Assembly: GCA_963718375.1 (NCBI GenBank)
Contig: CAVQZD010000005.1
Span: 652,841 to 716,840 of the forward strand
Direction: 5' to 3'
Length of the DNA: 64,000 bases
Source: an uncultured Actinomycetes bacterium
Lineage (GTDB): Bacteria > Actinomycetota > Thermoleophilia > RBG-16-64-13
Within the stretch, counting starts at the first letter, position 1, and each line of letters starts with the position of its first letter. Shown here piece after piece: positions 47,469-57,875 of the stretch. The translations under genes were made by a program, and so were the position numbers. Below the pieces are notes generated by a model. That model made no database searches. It saw nothing but the letters and a program-made list of their open reading frames with translations, and was not told the DNA's origin.

Positions 47469-48394
47469 TCGAGGAGACCTCGGCCGCTCACTCCGGCCGC
47501 GCGAACGAAGGCGTCCTCCAAGGTCGGCTCCACTTCTTCCACCCTGGCGTCCCGTATACCGGCCGCCTCCAGCACGCGTACCACCTGCTCCGAGTCGATG
47601 CCGGTCATCTGTATTCTCAGTCGATCCCCGAGGAGCGACGCGCCGAATTCACTCCTCAAGATCTTGTGTGCTTCGTTGATGCGTTCCGTAGCGACGGACA
47701 ACACCGGACCCGGGAAAGCCCCGAGCATCTCTTTGGGAGACCCCTCGAAATTCAGGCGGCCGGCGAGCATGAGACACAGCCGGTCGCACACTTGGACTTC
47801 CTCGAGATGGTGGGTGGTCATCACCACCGAAGCGTCGTTTGCCACCAGACCGCCCAAGAAGACCCAGAACTCCCGACGACTGGTGGTATCCATCCCGCTG
47901 GTGGGCTCATCCAGGATCAGCAGCTTGGGCTGATGCAGGAGCGCCACTGCCATGGAACAACGGCGTTGTGCGCCGGTGGGTAGCAGGCCTAGTTGTCGAT
48001 GCAGGTCGTCCTGCAGTTGGAAGCGGGCCGCCTCGGCCCGCACCCTTTGAGCCAAGGCGTCGGCGCCCAGGCCATACATGCGCCCGAAGAAGAGCAGGTT
48101 CTCCTCGACAGTGAGGTCCAGATAGAGCGACCGCAGTTGCGAGACGTAGCCGACTGCCCGGCGCAGGACCGCGCCTTGGCGCTCGCTGTCGAATCCGAGC
48201 ACTGAAGCGGACCCTGAGTCGGGGGTGATAAGGCCCAGGAGCATCCTGAGGGTGGTGGTCTTGCCGGCCCCGTTCGGACCGAGGAAACCGTACACTTCGC
48301 CGGACATCACACTCAGGCTCAGGTCGTCGACGACCTTGCGGCCCCCAAGGGTCTTGGTCAGCCCTTCGGTCTTGATGGCCGCGGTCTTGCTCAC
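47465..48394 (-). CDS. ABC transporter ATP-binding protein (ABC-2 exporter type), NBD 2
   Basis: Walker A GPNGAGKTT, signature and Walker B motifs. Confidence 0.85.
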   Translation of the reverse strand: MSKTAAIKTEGLTKTLGGRKVVDDLSLSVMSGEVYGFLGPNGAGKTTTLRMLLGLITPDSGSASVLGFDSERQGAVLRRAVGYVSQLRSLYLDLTVEENLLFFGRMYGLGADALAQRVRAEAARFQLQDDLHRQLGLLPTGAQRRCSMAVALLHQPKLLILDEPTSGMDTTSRREFWVFLGGLVANDASVVMTTHHLEEVQVCDRLCLMLAGRLNFEGSPKEMLGAFPGPVLSVATERINEAHKILRSEFGASLLGDRLRIQMTGIDSEQVVRVLEAAGIRDARVEEVEPTLEDAFVRAAGVSGRGLLD

Positions 48395-49344
48395 GAGCGG
48401 GGCTCCGCGACCTCGGCCGGACCGTAGCTCGCCTCCGCATCAGAACCGCGGCGCTCCATCAGGACGAAGGCATCTTCGAAGGTCAGGCCACTCTCGATCA
48501 GAGCGCCGCGTGCGTACTCGGCACCGACCGTGCTAGACAAGAGGCTCCGGGCACCCTTCTCGTCTTGCGCCAGCGCGGTCAACCCCTCGGGTCTCAGATA
48601 CACGCGTGGCTCATGCAGGGCGCGGCCTAGCCGGGCCCGCACGTCGATCCTGTCGTCGGGCACAGGCTGCACCCAGGCCGACCAGTCCCGGCTCTCCGCG
48701 CTTACTTCGTCCACCGTGGTCTCGCGCAGGCGGCCGTGAGCCATCGCGCCCAGCCGGGACGCATACACCGACTCCTCCAGGTAGCTGCTGGTGAAGATCG
48801 TGGCAGTGCCTTCGCTCACCACCTTGGTGATGATGTCCCAGAGCGCGTGTTTGGAGACCGGGTCCACACCTACCGTCGGTTCGTCCAGCAGCAGCAGTGG
48901 CGGCTCGTGGATCAAGGCACAGGCCAAGGAGAGTCCCTTCTTCATGCCGCCTGAGAGCCGGCCCGCAAGCCGGTCGCGAGCATCCCGAAGTCCGGTCAAC
49001 GCCAGCATCGCCGTCTTCCGTTCCTCTAGGCGATCGCGCTCGAGGCCACGCAGGCGTCCGAAGAAGTCGAGGTTCTCAGACACCGTCAGGTCAGCGTAGA
49101 GGTCGAAGCTGGACCCTGCATATCCCCGCGTCCCTCTCCTCATGGACGACTTGACCGTCCCCTCGTCAGGAGAGAGCAGTCCGGCCAATACCCGCAAGAG
49201 TGTGGACTTGCCTGCCCCGTCGGGACCCAGCACCGCCACCGTCTCGCCAGGTCTCACGCCGAAGCTGACCTCATCCAGCGCCACCGTGCGGCCGAACCGG
49301 ACCGTGACCGCCCTCAGCTCGAGCAGCGGGGCCTCGGAGTTCAC
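48391..49344 (-). CDS. ABC transporter ATP-binding protein, NBD 1. GTG start overlapping the permease stop
   Basis: Walker A GPDGAGKST, signature LSGGMKK. GAGGAAG RBS. Confidence 0.8.
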   Translation of the reverse strand: MNSEAPLLELRAVTVRFGRTVALDEVSFGVRPGETVAVLGPDGAGKSTLLRVLAGLLSPDEGTVKSSMRRGTRGYAGSSFDLYADLTVSENLDFFGRLRGLERDRLEERKTAMLALTGLRDARDRLAGRLSGGMKKGLSLACALIHEPPLLLLDEPTVGVDPVSKHALWDIITKVVSEGTATIFTSSYLEESVYASRLGAMAHGRLRETTVDEVSAESRDWSAWVQPVPDDRIDVRARLGRALHEPRVYLRPEGLTALAQDEKGARSLLSSTVGAEYARGALIESGLTFEDAFVLMERRGSDAEASYGPAEVAEPRS

Positions 49345-50405
49345 ACCAGCTTCCTCTTGAAACGCCACGCAGCCAGACTCACAACTACGACCGCATACCC
49401 GACGAGGATGACCGCCCACATCCAGAGTTCGCTGAGCCCCTCGCCTCGCAGGAAGATGCCACGCGAGATAGGCAGGAAATAGGTCAGCGGAAATAGATAG
49501 GCGACCCACCTGATCGCCCACGGGATGCCCGCAAGCGGGAAGATGAAGCCGGAGAGGAGTATCTGCGGCACCAGGGTGAACACAGCCAGCTGCATCGCCT
49601 GCTGTTGTGTGTGCGACACGGTGGAGACCAGCAGCCCTATGCCCAGGCAGACCAGCAGGAAAGCGAGCCCCAACGCAAGGAGCAACAGCGGACTGCCCGC
49701 CATCGGTACATTGAATACGAATACCCCACAGATGATGACCAGTACGAAGTCGACGAAGGCCACCACCATATAGGGCACTATCTTGCCCAGCATGATCTCC
49801 ATGGGACTTGCGGGAGTGACTAGGAGCTGCTCCATAGTCCCTCGCTCCCGCTCCCTCACGACTGCGACCGCAGTGAGCAGGGTGGCGATAAAGACCGTCA
49901 CTATCCCCACCAGTCCCGGGATCATGTAGTTGACCGAACGCAGATCGGGGTTGTAGAGGACCTCGGTCTCTATGTAGGTAGAACCCCCGGTCTGTTCGGC
50001 CAGGGTCCGTATGACCGCTTGCAGTTGCTGGACTGCCGCCTGAGCCACGAACAGGTCAGAACCGTCCGTCACGAAGTACCCGGGGGTACCTGGCTCGGGC
50101 GGTCGGATGCCCACCGAGGCACGGCCCTCTTCCACAGCCGCCTTGAGTTCGGCGTCGGTGAAAGGCCCTTTCTCTACCACCTGGAAGCGCCCAGACTGTT
50201 CCATGGCATCCGCGACTAGTTCGGCCGTGGGCGACCCTGCGGGCACGGCCACGGCGGCCCGGATATACGGCACATCGAAGGTCGCCGCGTAACCGAACAG
50301 GATTATCCAGATGAGCGGGATAGCCACCATCATGGCCAGCGTGCGCTTGTCACGCGCTATCTGGATGAACTCCTTGCGAATCAGTGAGCCGATGCGCTTG
50401 CCCAT
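49341..50405 (-). CDS. ABC-2 family transporter permease
   Basis: N-terminal cytoplasmic segment, large extracytoplasmic loop, 6 TM ABC-2 fold. Confidence 0.8.
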   Translation of the reverse strand: MGKRIGSLIRKEFIQIARDKRTLAMMVAIPLIWIILFGYAATFDVPYIRAAVAVPAGSPTAELVADAMEQSGRFQVVEKGPFTDAELKAAVEEGRASVGIRPPEPGTPGYFVTDGSDLFVAQAAVQQLQAVIRTLAEQTGGSTYIETEVLYNPDLRSVNYMIPGLVGIVTVFIATLLTAVAVVRERERGTMEQLLVTPASPMEIMLGKIVPYMVVAFVDFVLVIICGVFVFNVPMAGSPLLLLALGLAFLLVCLGIGLLVSTVSHTQQQAMQLAVFTLVPQILLSGFIFPLAGIPWAIRWVAYLFPLTYFLPISRGIFLRGEGLSELWMWAVILVGYAVVVVSLAAWRFKRKLV

Positions 50406-50564
50406 GGTCGTAAGAGCCTAGCACAGGCGACGGGCCCCTCGGACAGGTTCGTTGGGTGCCGAGCATAAAGAACTCCGCGAGAGCCTCAGGGCTCTCGCGG
50501 AGTGGAGGAAGAGTGTGTCTCGCTGGTCGAACGGCGCGCAGCGCCCCTCGACCTTAGGATGCCG

Positions 50565-50813
50565 CTACTCGGACTTGGCGTCCTCGGGCTTCTCGCCCTT
50601 GGGAGCGTCACCCTTGGGCTTCCTGAGATGGCGCACCATGGTTATCATGCCCATGACCAGAGCCGTCATCGCAGCCGCCCAGAGCAGGATCCCAAGCACT
50701 ATCCATGTTATCTCCAGCGCACCGAGATGATGGCCGCCGGCCTCCATCATGCGCCCGCCGGATCTACCGAACTCTCTGGTAGCCTCCAGCATCCACTGCT
50801 GCATACCGTTCAT
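50565..50813 (-). CDS. small membrane protein, hypothetical
   Basis: 82 aa with one TM and a Lys/Glu-rich tail. GAGG RBS-like sequence. Confidence 0.4.
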   Translation of the reverse strand: MNGMQQWMLEATREFGRSGGRMMEAGGHHLGALEITWIVLGILLWAAAMTALVMGMITMVRHLRKPKGDAPKGEKPEDAKSE

Positions 50814-50966
50814 CTATAACCTCTGTTTCATCCGGGGACCAATCCTCCCGGTCCGCTTACCAATGCCCTGCAGTGTAGTCACCCCTGCGTAAGGTACTCG
50901 TTAGGCCAGGCGCGATATCATTGGCTGCGCGACAGAGTCACCCGTGTTAGAGTCGAGGAGTTAGTG

Positions 50967-52073
50967 ATGCGAAAGACGTATCTGGCCCCCATGCTGCTCT
51001 GCCTCCTGCTCTTGGCCTGCTACGTCTTGGCCTGCTCGAACAGCGACTCGCCGGCGGACACGGCCAACGGTGACGGCCAAGCCGCGGATGAAAGCACCAC
51101 GACCACGCTCAAGCGGACCACCACCACGCTCGCACCGGCGACGTGGGAAGCTCTCTCTCCGACCGGTGACCTTCCGGCACCCAGACTGGGTAGTTCCATG
51201 GTCCATCTTGCGGACGGCAACAGATTGCTGCTGTTCGGAGGCTACGACGGTTCCAAGTACATGAGCGACCTCTGGAGCTACGACCTGGCGACCGGCAGCT
51301 GGACTGTGCTGGCGCCCGCTGGCGCAGTGCCCCCCGCGCGAGCTTCTCAAGCCACAGCCTACGACCCAGTAGCCGGCCAGCTTGTCATGTTCGGAGGCTA
51401 CGACGGCTCCAGCTACATGGGCGATGCGTGGTCCTACGACGCTACCAACGGTTCCTGGTCACCTCTGGCCGCGACCGGCACGACACCTCACGCGCGGTAC
51501 GGCCATTCTCTGGTCTATGACTCGGACTCGAAGAAGATGCTGCTCTTCGGAGGATACGACGGGAGTGTCCAGTACGCAGACACTTGGTCTTACGATCCTG
51601 CCACCAACGTGTGGACCGAGCTCAAACCCAGCGGTGCGCTTCCACCGGCGCGTGACTCCCAGGCACTCGCCTACGATCCGGCCAGCAAGGTCTTCGTGCT
51701 GTTCGGAGGCTGGAGCACGACGTCCATGTTCGACGATACTTGGGCGTACGACCCAGCTGCGAACGTTTGGACGCCTCTCAAACCCGTGAGCGGGGAGCCT
51801 GCCGCAAGAGCGCTCCACCGGATGGTTTACGACGAGAGCATCGAGAAGTTCGTGATGTTCGGAGGCGGGACCAGCACCGCCACCTTCAATGACGCCTGGC
51901 TCTTCGATCTCGCCACAGACACCTGGACCCCACTCGGGGCCAGCGGAACGTCACCCTCAGCGCGGGCAGGTCTCGCGATGGCCTACGATACCTCGGGCCG
52001 TCAGGTACTGCTGTTCGGGGGCTCCGACGGGATCGACGTCTACCTGAACGATCTCTGGAGACTGCGCCGCTAG
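50967..52073 (+). CDS. Kelch-repeat beta-propeller lipoprotein
   Basis: Signal peptide plus lipobox LLLACYVLAC. Six Kelch repeats with FGGYDG / W(S/A)YD motifs. Confidence 0.75.
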   Translation: MRKTYLAPMLLCLLLLACYVLACSNSDSPADTANGDGQAADESTTTTLKRTTTTLAPATWEALSPTGDLPAPRLGSSMVHLADGNRLLLFGGYDGSKYMSDLWSYDLATGSWTVLAPAGAVPPARASQATAYDPVAGQLVMFGGYDGSSYMGDAWSYDATNGSWSPLAATGTTPHARYGHSLVYDSDSKKMLLFGGYDGSVQYADTWSYDPATNVWTELKPSGALPPARDSQALAYDPASKVFVLFGGWSTTSMFDDTWAYDPAANVWTPLKPVSGEPAARALHRMVYDESIEKFVMFGGGTSTATFNDAWLFDLATDTWTPLGASGTSPSARAGLAMAYDTSGRQVLLFGGSDGIDVYLNDLWRLRR

Positions 52074-52104
52074 AATCAGCTTAGGTGGCAGCCCAAGCGG
52101 ACTG

Positions 52105-52848
52105 TCAAGAGCCGTCCGTCTCCTTTCGCACAAGCTCCTTCTCCAGATCGGAGCGCCACCTGCGCTCTCTCATGCCCACCAGAAAGGCGAGGGTCAGACC
52201 GGGCGCCACCGCCACCACAAGGAAGGCGAAGAGCGCCAGGCCCATACCCTTGAAGAGTGGATACTGCGTACCCTCCAGCCACGAGTAGGCCGAGAACAGA
52301 AGGGCCAACAGGGCGATGGTCCCTAGCCAACTGGTCATACGGTATCGCGCCGCCGTCCGCCGCGCTATCGCGGGCATGCCTGTCTGCATATACAGTTCGC
52401 TCCCCACCGACACGAAGAGCCCCACCGCCAAGGCATACCAGATGCCTGCCCCGGCCAAGGCAGTCGCTGTGAACAGGACCGCGAGACTCCCGGAGAGCCG
52501 CTCGAGTCCTGTCGCTCGACGTGCCCCTGTCGCCACTTCCTCCGGCACTTCGGGCCGCACGCGTCCGGCGGCAGCGACAAGTCTGTCGATCCTTCCCGTG
52601 ACCAAGTAGGGGCGTTCGCAGATGAGCTGGTAGTAGCTATGTCCCTCGCTGAGAGCTCCGCAAACAGCGTGAACGATGCCCGCCCACTGGTCCTCGGAGT
52701 CGATATCTGGGGACTTGGTGCGCTTGATAGTCTGGGTGACCACCTCTCGCGCGATGCGGTCTGCCGCTTCCTCGCTCAGGCCTCGCTTCTTGAGACGCTT
52801 GAACGAGTCCGCATACAAGGCCTGCCGCAAGAGCTCTCCCGTAGACAC
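52105..52848 (-). CDS. hypothetical membrane protein (cytoplasmic N-domain plus 4 TM)
   Basis: Follows the LCP gene in the same operon. Confidence 0.5.
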   Translation of the reverse strand: MSTGELLRQALYADSFKRLKKRGLSEEAADRIAREVVTQTIKRTKSPDIDSEDQWAGIVHAVCGALSEGHSYYQLICERPYLVTGRIDRLVAAAGRVRPEVPEEVATGARRATGLERLSGSLAVLFTATALAGAGIWYALAVGLFVSVGSELYMQTGMPAIARRTAARYRMTSWLGTIALLALLFSAYSWLEGTQYPLFKGMGLALFAFLVVAVAPGLTLAFLVGMRERRWRSDLEKELVRKETDGS

Positions 52849-52853
52849 ACGCT

Positions 52854-54425
52854 CTACTCCTTGGGTTTCTTCCAGCAGTCCCCGGGGTCCAGCCCGGTGC
52901 CGTCGGAGTTCGCGAGTATCTCCTCGGGATTCAGCAGCACTCTCTGGACCGTCTCCTGGATGAGCTTTTCGTTGAGCACCCAGCCGTTTCGCGTCCTATC
53001 GGGGTAGCCCGCGGTGCCCTTAGTGTATCTGGGCTCGGTAAAGCCTATCGTGATCATCTCGTCGGTCTTCAGCTTGGACCTCAGCTTGACCAACTCCTGA
53101 AGGGCATCGATGGGTATGTCCGTGCGGATCGTGTTCTTGATCACATCCATGATCGCCGGAAAGTTCCAGACGAGCTCGGTCATACCGGTCTGGTCTATCA
53201 GGGCCGCGATCAAACACCTCTGCCGGCTCATCCTGTTGTAGTCCGAGCTGTCCTTGCGCGTGCGCGCGTAGGCCAACGCTGCCAGGCCCTCCAGATGATT
53301 GACGCCCTCCTCGACCTTGAAGTACAGGTAGTCACCCTTCGAGGTCGGAGAGGAGATGCCCATGCGCATGGCCTTGTCGAAGTAGATGTCTACCCCGCCC
53401 ATGGCGTCCACCAGATTCGACAGCCCCAGCATGTTCACCACCGCGTAGTAGTCGATGGGGATGCCCAAGACTATGCTGGCCATGTCCCGCAGCACCTCCG
53501 CCCCGGGATCGCCGCCCTCCGGAGCCAACCCCGGGTTCTTGGGCCATAGCCTCCAGGCCTGTCCGTATATCTCGTTCAGGAGAGTGGGGTAGTGCTCAGA
53601 ACCGAAAGCCTTCTGTGCCTCTTCGCCCAGGGGCAGCTTCCCCGAGTTGCGCGGCAGCGAGAAGAGAGCGATGCGACCGTTGTTGAGGTCGAACGAGGCC
53701 ACGATGGTCGTGTCATTGCGCCCCGCCCCTTCGCGCGTCTCATCAACATCGGCACCGATGAAGAGGACTGTCAACCGTCCGTCATCACCGTAGTTGACTG
53801 TGACGGGCGGCAGCGTGGTGGTCGTGACGGCAGGCTCGGTACTGTCGGTGGATGCCGGCGAGAAGAGCGTCGTGGTGGTTGCGATGGTGGTCGTGGTCGG
53901 GGGCGCCTGGAAGACTGTGGTGAGCAAGTCGCGGAACTTCCAGACATAGTTGTATCCCACCCAGATGTGCGGCACGAGCGTGAAGGCAAAGAGAAGCACC
54001 AAGCCCGCGATGGCCACCGGCAGCGTCCACCTGTTGGTGCGCGCATCTTCGGGCGCCGGACCTTCCCCGACGGCTCCTCGGCGCTTGTCGGTAGAACCCC
54101 ACCGGGTACGTCTCATCCACACCGCGTCTGCGACCGCGTACAACCTGAACAAAGCCAACACCACGTCCAGTATCAGAACGACCAGAAGGTTGGTGGGCTC
54201 GATCATCCAGACCAGCAGGTTGTCCAGATCCTCGACCGCGAACAGCACGAGTAGGATCAGGCCGACGACGATCGCTACGTCAATACCTAGAAGGATGTAG
54301 CCGCGCTTGCGCGCTCCGCCAAGCAACTGCCCGGTGCCGGGGACGATTGCAGAGCAGAAGCCCCGCAGAAGGCGGTGGCCCCAGGTGTCGTGGACGGTGT
54401 ACTTGCTGTAGCTAGGCGAGGCCAT
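52854..54425 (-). CDS. LytR-CpsA-Psr (LCP) family cell-envelope phosphotransferase
   Basis: N-terminal TMs, Thr-rich linker. LCP catalytic region with R(N)D(T/S)IMV-like motif RNDTTIVASF, LFSLPRN and GGVD. Confidence 0.8.
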   Translation of the reverse strand: MASPSYSKYTVHDTWGHRLLRGFCSAIVPGTGQLLGGARKRGYILLGIDVAIVVGLILLVLFAVEDLDNLLVWMIEPTNLLVVLILDVVLALFRLYAVADAVWMRRTRWGSTDKRRGAVGEGPAPEDARTNRWTLPVAIAGLVLLFAFTLVPHIWVGYNYVWKFRDLLTTVFQAPPTTTTIATTTTLFSPASTDSTEPAVTTTTLPPVTVNYGDDGRLTVLFIGADVDETREGAGRNDTTIVASFDLNNGRIALFSLPRNSGKLPLGEEAQKAFGSEHYPTLLNEIYGQAWRLWPKNPGLAPEGGDPGAEVLRDMASIVLGIPIDYYAVVNMLGLSNLVDAMGGVDIYFDKAMRMGISSPTSKGDYLYFKVEEGVNHLEGLAALAYARTRKDSSDYNRMSRQRCLIAALIDQTGMTELVWNFPAIMDVIKNTIRTDIPIDALQELVKLRSKLKTDEMITIGFTEPRYTKGTAGYPDRTRNGWVLNEKLIQETVQRVLLNPEEILANSDGTGLDPGDCWKKPKE

Positions 54426-54434
54426 ACCCCTCCG

Positions 54435-55025
54435 TCACGCGGCCCTTCTCGCGCGTCTACCGTTGCGCGTCGATATCTGGACTATGAGGCCTACGGCAAA
54501 CAGGACGACCATGATGGACAACTCTATCCACTTGGCAGGCGCGGGTTCAGCGACCGTCGACTCCGGCGTGAAGAAGTACATGATGCCGTCCGCCGTTGCC
54601 CCAGCTCCGAACAGGGACGTGAGCACTATCAGAGCCCAGTCGAAGAGAAGACCCATTATCAGCGCGCCAACAACGCCGCCGCACACAAAAGCTACCCAGT
54701 GGGTGCCAGAACCGTCAGGGACGTCGGCTCCGAAGTACCGGGCTACGAGTACAGTAGCCGTCCCAAAGAAGAAGAAGCCCGCAATGCCTACCATGAGCTT
54801 CGTGAACTTGGTAGCCAAGAACGCGAGAACCAGACCGACGACCAGACCGATCGCGATCCTGGCCCACACCTCGAGAGTGGCACCGTCGTTGAAAGCCCCA
54901 TAGACAGCCGGGACGACGAACCACCCAACGAGAAAGCCGCCCAAGAAGACAAAAAGCCAGAACAGCTTTCTGCCGAAGAGCGTCTCAACCAGACCGATGG
55001 CGATCTGAGCTATGGCTATGCCCAA
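54435..55025 (-). CDS. multi-TM membrane protein (DUF4203-like), hypothetical
   Basis: 6 TM. First gene of the LCP operon. Confidence 0.5.
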   Translation of the reverse strand: MGIAIAQIAIGLVETLFGRKLFWLFVFLGGFLVGWFVVPAVYGAFNDGATLEVWARIAIGLVVGLVLAFLATKFTKLMVGIAGFFFFGTATVLVARYFGADVPDGSGTHWVAFVCGGVVGALIMGLLFDWALIVLTSLFGAGATADGIMYFFTPESTVAEPAPAKWIELSIMVVLFAVGLIVQISTRNGRRARRAA

Positions 55026-55270
55026 TACAGTCCTCCTTCAGAGTCCGCACGAAGAGACGAACAAATGGAGAGAAAGGTGCCCCGATGACCCGGGTCACAT
55101 ATCCGGAAGCTTACCCCATCGCCGGTAGCGTCACCAAGGGGGCCTTTAGGCCGTCACAGAAGACCTTCGGGCCTAATGTCGAATAGCTAGTCAGCCGATA
55201 GTCTAGCAGTGACGTTCTGACCATCATCGGGGCGCCATGGCTGAAGCATGCAAGCATAGAGACAGGGGGC

Positions 55271-55816
55271 ATGGTGCTGCCGACGGAGCAGCGAGACAAT
55301 CCGGGGATTCTTGATACCACGGCCGAGGGACGCGTGGTCAGCGCGGGCGACGGCACAGTCGAGCCTTGGGTCCTCTTCACCGTGGACGAACAGATCTACG
55401 CACTCGACCTGTGGGAAGTCGAGAGGATAGTGCGCGCCGTCGAGGTGAAGCCCCTGCCCGAAGTACCGATCTATGTGGCGGGAGTCGTCGACGTGCACGG
55501 CCGCGTGCTCCCCGTTGTCGATCTCAGACTCAGGTTCGACCGCCTCACCAGGCCCCTCTCGATCCGGGACCAATTCATAATCGCGCACACACCGACGCAC
55601 TCCGTCGTCCTGCCCGTGGATACGACCTTGGGCTCTCGCGACATTCCGACGGACCAGATACCGTCCGATACCCAGTTACCGCGGTGCGTGCGCAAGGTCG
55701 TGCCTCTCGATATCGGCGTTGCCTACTCACTGGATCTTCAGCGAGTACTGTTCGGTGATGAACCACCGTTCGACTCGCGGCTCGCTCAGGTCCTAGCAGA
55801 ACTGCAGGGTCCATGA
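55271..55816 (+). CDS. cheW: chemotaxis protein CheW
   Basis: CheW-like domain (VLFTVDEQIYALDL...PIYVAGVVDVHGRVLPVVDLR). Confidence 0.8.
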   Translation: MVLPTEQRDNPGILDTTAEGRVVSAGDGTVEPWVLFTVDEQIYALDLWEVERIVRAVEVKPLPEVPIYVAGVVDVHGRVLPVVDLRLRFDRLTRPLSIRDQFIIAHTPTHSVVLPVDTTLGSRDIPTDQIPSDTQLPRCVRKVVPLDIGVAYSLDLQRVLFGDEPPFDSRLAQVLAELQGP

Positions 55817-57285
55817 TCAAGGACCTCTCGATCCCGGCAGCGCTCATCGCGGAGCGGATGGGTCTGAGCTTCCCTGAGGACAGGTGGGCGGACCTCGCAC
55901 ACGGGCTGACGGGAGCGGCCGACGGTCTGGGATACGAAGACCCGGACTCCTTGATAGCCGCCCTGGTAAGCGGTGACTTCGGCCCCAAGCAAGTGCAGGC
56001 GCTCGCGAGATGCCTCACCGTGCCCGAGACCCACTTCTTCCGTAGCCCTGGGACTTTCGCCATGCTGCAGAAGGACTTGCTGCCGGAGCTCATAGCCGCG
56101 CGACGTTCCAACACGCGCAGACTGCGCATCTGGAGCGCCGGCTGCGCCACAGGACCCGAGCCCTTCTCCCTGGCCATCTTGGTCTCGCGGCTGCTCCCCG
56201 ACCTCGCCGATTGGGATGTGAGCATCCTCGGCACCGACATCAATCTGGAGGGCTTCGCGACCGCGCGCAAGGGCGAATACACCCAGTGGGCCTTTCGGGG
56301 CACACCTGCGTGGGTGATGAGCGGCTATTTCACCAAGACCCGAGAGGGTCGCCACAGGCTCTCTCCGGCCATTAGAGACCTAGTAGAGTTCCGCTATCTG
56401 AATCTGGTGGAGGACCCTTTCCCCTCTGACTGCGACCTGATCCTGTGTAGGAACGTGATCATGTACTTCTCCCGAGACACCGCCGTGCAAGTGGCGGACA
56501 AGTTGAGAGGGGCGCTCAGAGAGGGTGGATACCTTCTGGTAACAGCCAGCGAGACCGGCCGTGACATCCAAGGGGCCCTCAGCTCGTCCACACTGGGCGG
56601 GGAGATCGTCTACCGGCGCACTCCGCCCGAGACGAGGACCTCCTGTGTGAACTCGGCCCACACCGCGCCTGCTTCCACCCGGGACGAGCACGCCGACGCT
56701 TCGGCGGATCGTTCATCGCGCGGCAAGCGAGCCCGCAAGAGTCAGCCCGCGAAGCGTCAGGTCGCCGAGCCAAGGAGAAGCCGCGCTGCGACCCCGCGAC
56801 CCGAGCAAGGTGATCTGCGGCTCGAACGCAGAGCCTATTCCCGAGACACGCAGCGGATACCAGCACCCGCGGCGGCGGCCGAGGCCGGAGCCGCCGCGGA
56901 AGAAGCGAGGAAGCTTGCCGACAGAGGCAGTCTCGACGAAGCGCTGGCGCGGTGCACCGAAGCCTTGGCTTGCGAGAAGTTGAACCCGTCCCTCTACTAC
57001 CTGAAGGCGAGCATCCTGCAGGAGCTCGGGCGATCGGAGGAAGCGGAACAGGCACTGCAGTCCATGCTTTTCTTGGACGGCGATTTCGCTCCGGCAAGGG
57101 TGATGTTAGGTGCCATAGCGCGCAGCCAGGCCAGGAGCGGCGAAGCCGCCAAGCATTTTCGTGAGGCTCTGGCGTTGCTCGAGCGCATGCCGTCGGACTC
57201 GGTGCTCGCTGAGACCGACGGATTGACCGCGGGTGAAATGGTGGAGACTGTGGCATCACTGATCGAGAACGAAAGGGTCTCGTGA
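55813..57285 (+). CDS. cheR: chemotaxis protein methyltransferase CheR fused to C-terminal TPR repeats
   Basis: SAM-binding RIWSAGCATGPEPFSLAI, then a TPR-like C-terminus. Confidence 0.8.
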   Translation: MIKDLSIPAALIAERMGLSFPEDRWADLAHGLTGAADGLGYEDPDSLIAALVSGDFGPKQVQALARCLTVPETHFFRSPGTFAMLQKDLLPELIAARRSNTRRLRIWSAGCATGPEPFSLAILVSRLLPDLADWDVSILGTDINLEGFATARKGEYTQWAFRGTPAWVMSGYFTKTREGRHRLSPAIRDLVEFRYLNLVEDPFPSDCDLILCRNVIMYFSRDTAVQVADKLRGALREGGYLLVTASETGRDIQGALSSSTLGGEIVYRRTPPETRTSCVNSAHTAPASTRDEHADASADRSSRGKRARKSQPAKRQVAEPRRSRAATPRPEQGDLRLERRAYSRDTQRIPAPAAAAEAGAAAEEARKLADRGSLDEALARCTEALACEKLNPSLYYLKASILQELGRSEEAEQALQSMLFLDGDFAPARVMLGAIARSQARSGEAAKHFREALALLERMPSDSVLAETDGLTAGEMVETVASLIENERVS

Positions 57286-57821
57286 TGGCGGTCGGCGGTC
57301 CCATGCAAGATGCAGCGACGCTGGCGGTCTTGCGGTCCAGAGCCAGGGATCTGGCAAAACCGCCCGTGCTAGAAGACCCAAGCGTCCGGCTGGTGGAGAT
57401 CGTCGAGTTCACGCTAGGGCCTGAGCGTTACGCGTTCCCGGCGTCTGCGGTGAGAGAGGTGTTCAATCTCACCGAGATCACGCCTCTGCCCAGTGTCCCC
57501 GCCTTTGTCATGGGGGTGACGAACCTGCGAGGTCGAATACTCTCAGTCATCGACATACGCAGGTTGCTCGAGCTGGGTGGGGTGGGGCTCACCAACCTGA
57601 ACCGAGCGATTGTGCTGCACCATGGCGACATGGAGCTGGCCGCCTTGGCTGATGAGGTAGTTGGAGCATACTCCAGTGATTCAGATAAGTGGCAGAGGAC
57701 CTTACCCACGTTGGCGGGAAAGAGAGAGGAGTTCTTGGGAGGCGTCACCAAGGACAGGGTGGTTGTGCTTGACGCCGAGAGAATGCTCGAGTCTAAGGAC
57801 TTGTTGGTTGGCGCGAACTAG
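57282..57821 (+). CDS. cheW: chemotaxis protein CheW, second copy
   Basis: CheW-like domain. ATGA overlap with cheR. Confidence 0.8.
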   Translation: MMAVGGPMQDAATLAVLRSRARDLAKPPVLEDPSVRLVEIVEFTLGPERYAFPASAVREVFNLTEITPLPSVPAFVMGVTNLRGRILSVIDIRRLLELGGVGLTNLNRAIVLHHGDMELAALADEVVGAYSSDSDKWQRTLPTLAGKREEFLGGVTKDRVVVLDAERMLESKDLLVGAN

Positions 57822-57875
57822 TAACTTTGACAGGTCGGAGACTCCGGCCCCCATGCTCTGGTGGAGGTAGAGAGA

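Noticed and set aside
55575-57412. minus-strand ORFs 55575..56303, 55786..56355 and 56579..57412
   Set aside because: Antisense to cheW and cheR, which have clear domain signatures.
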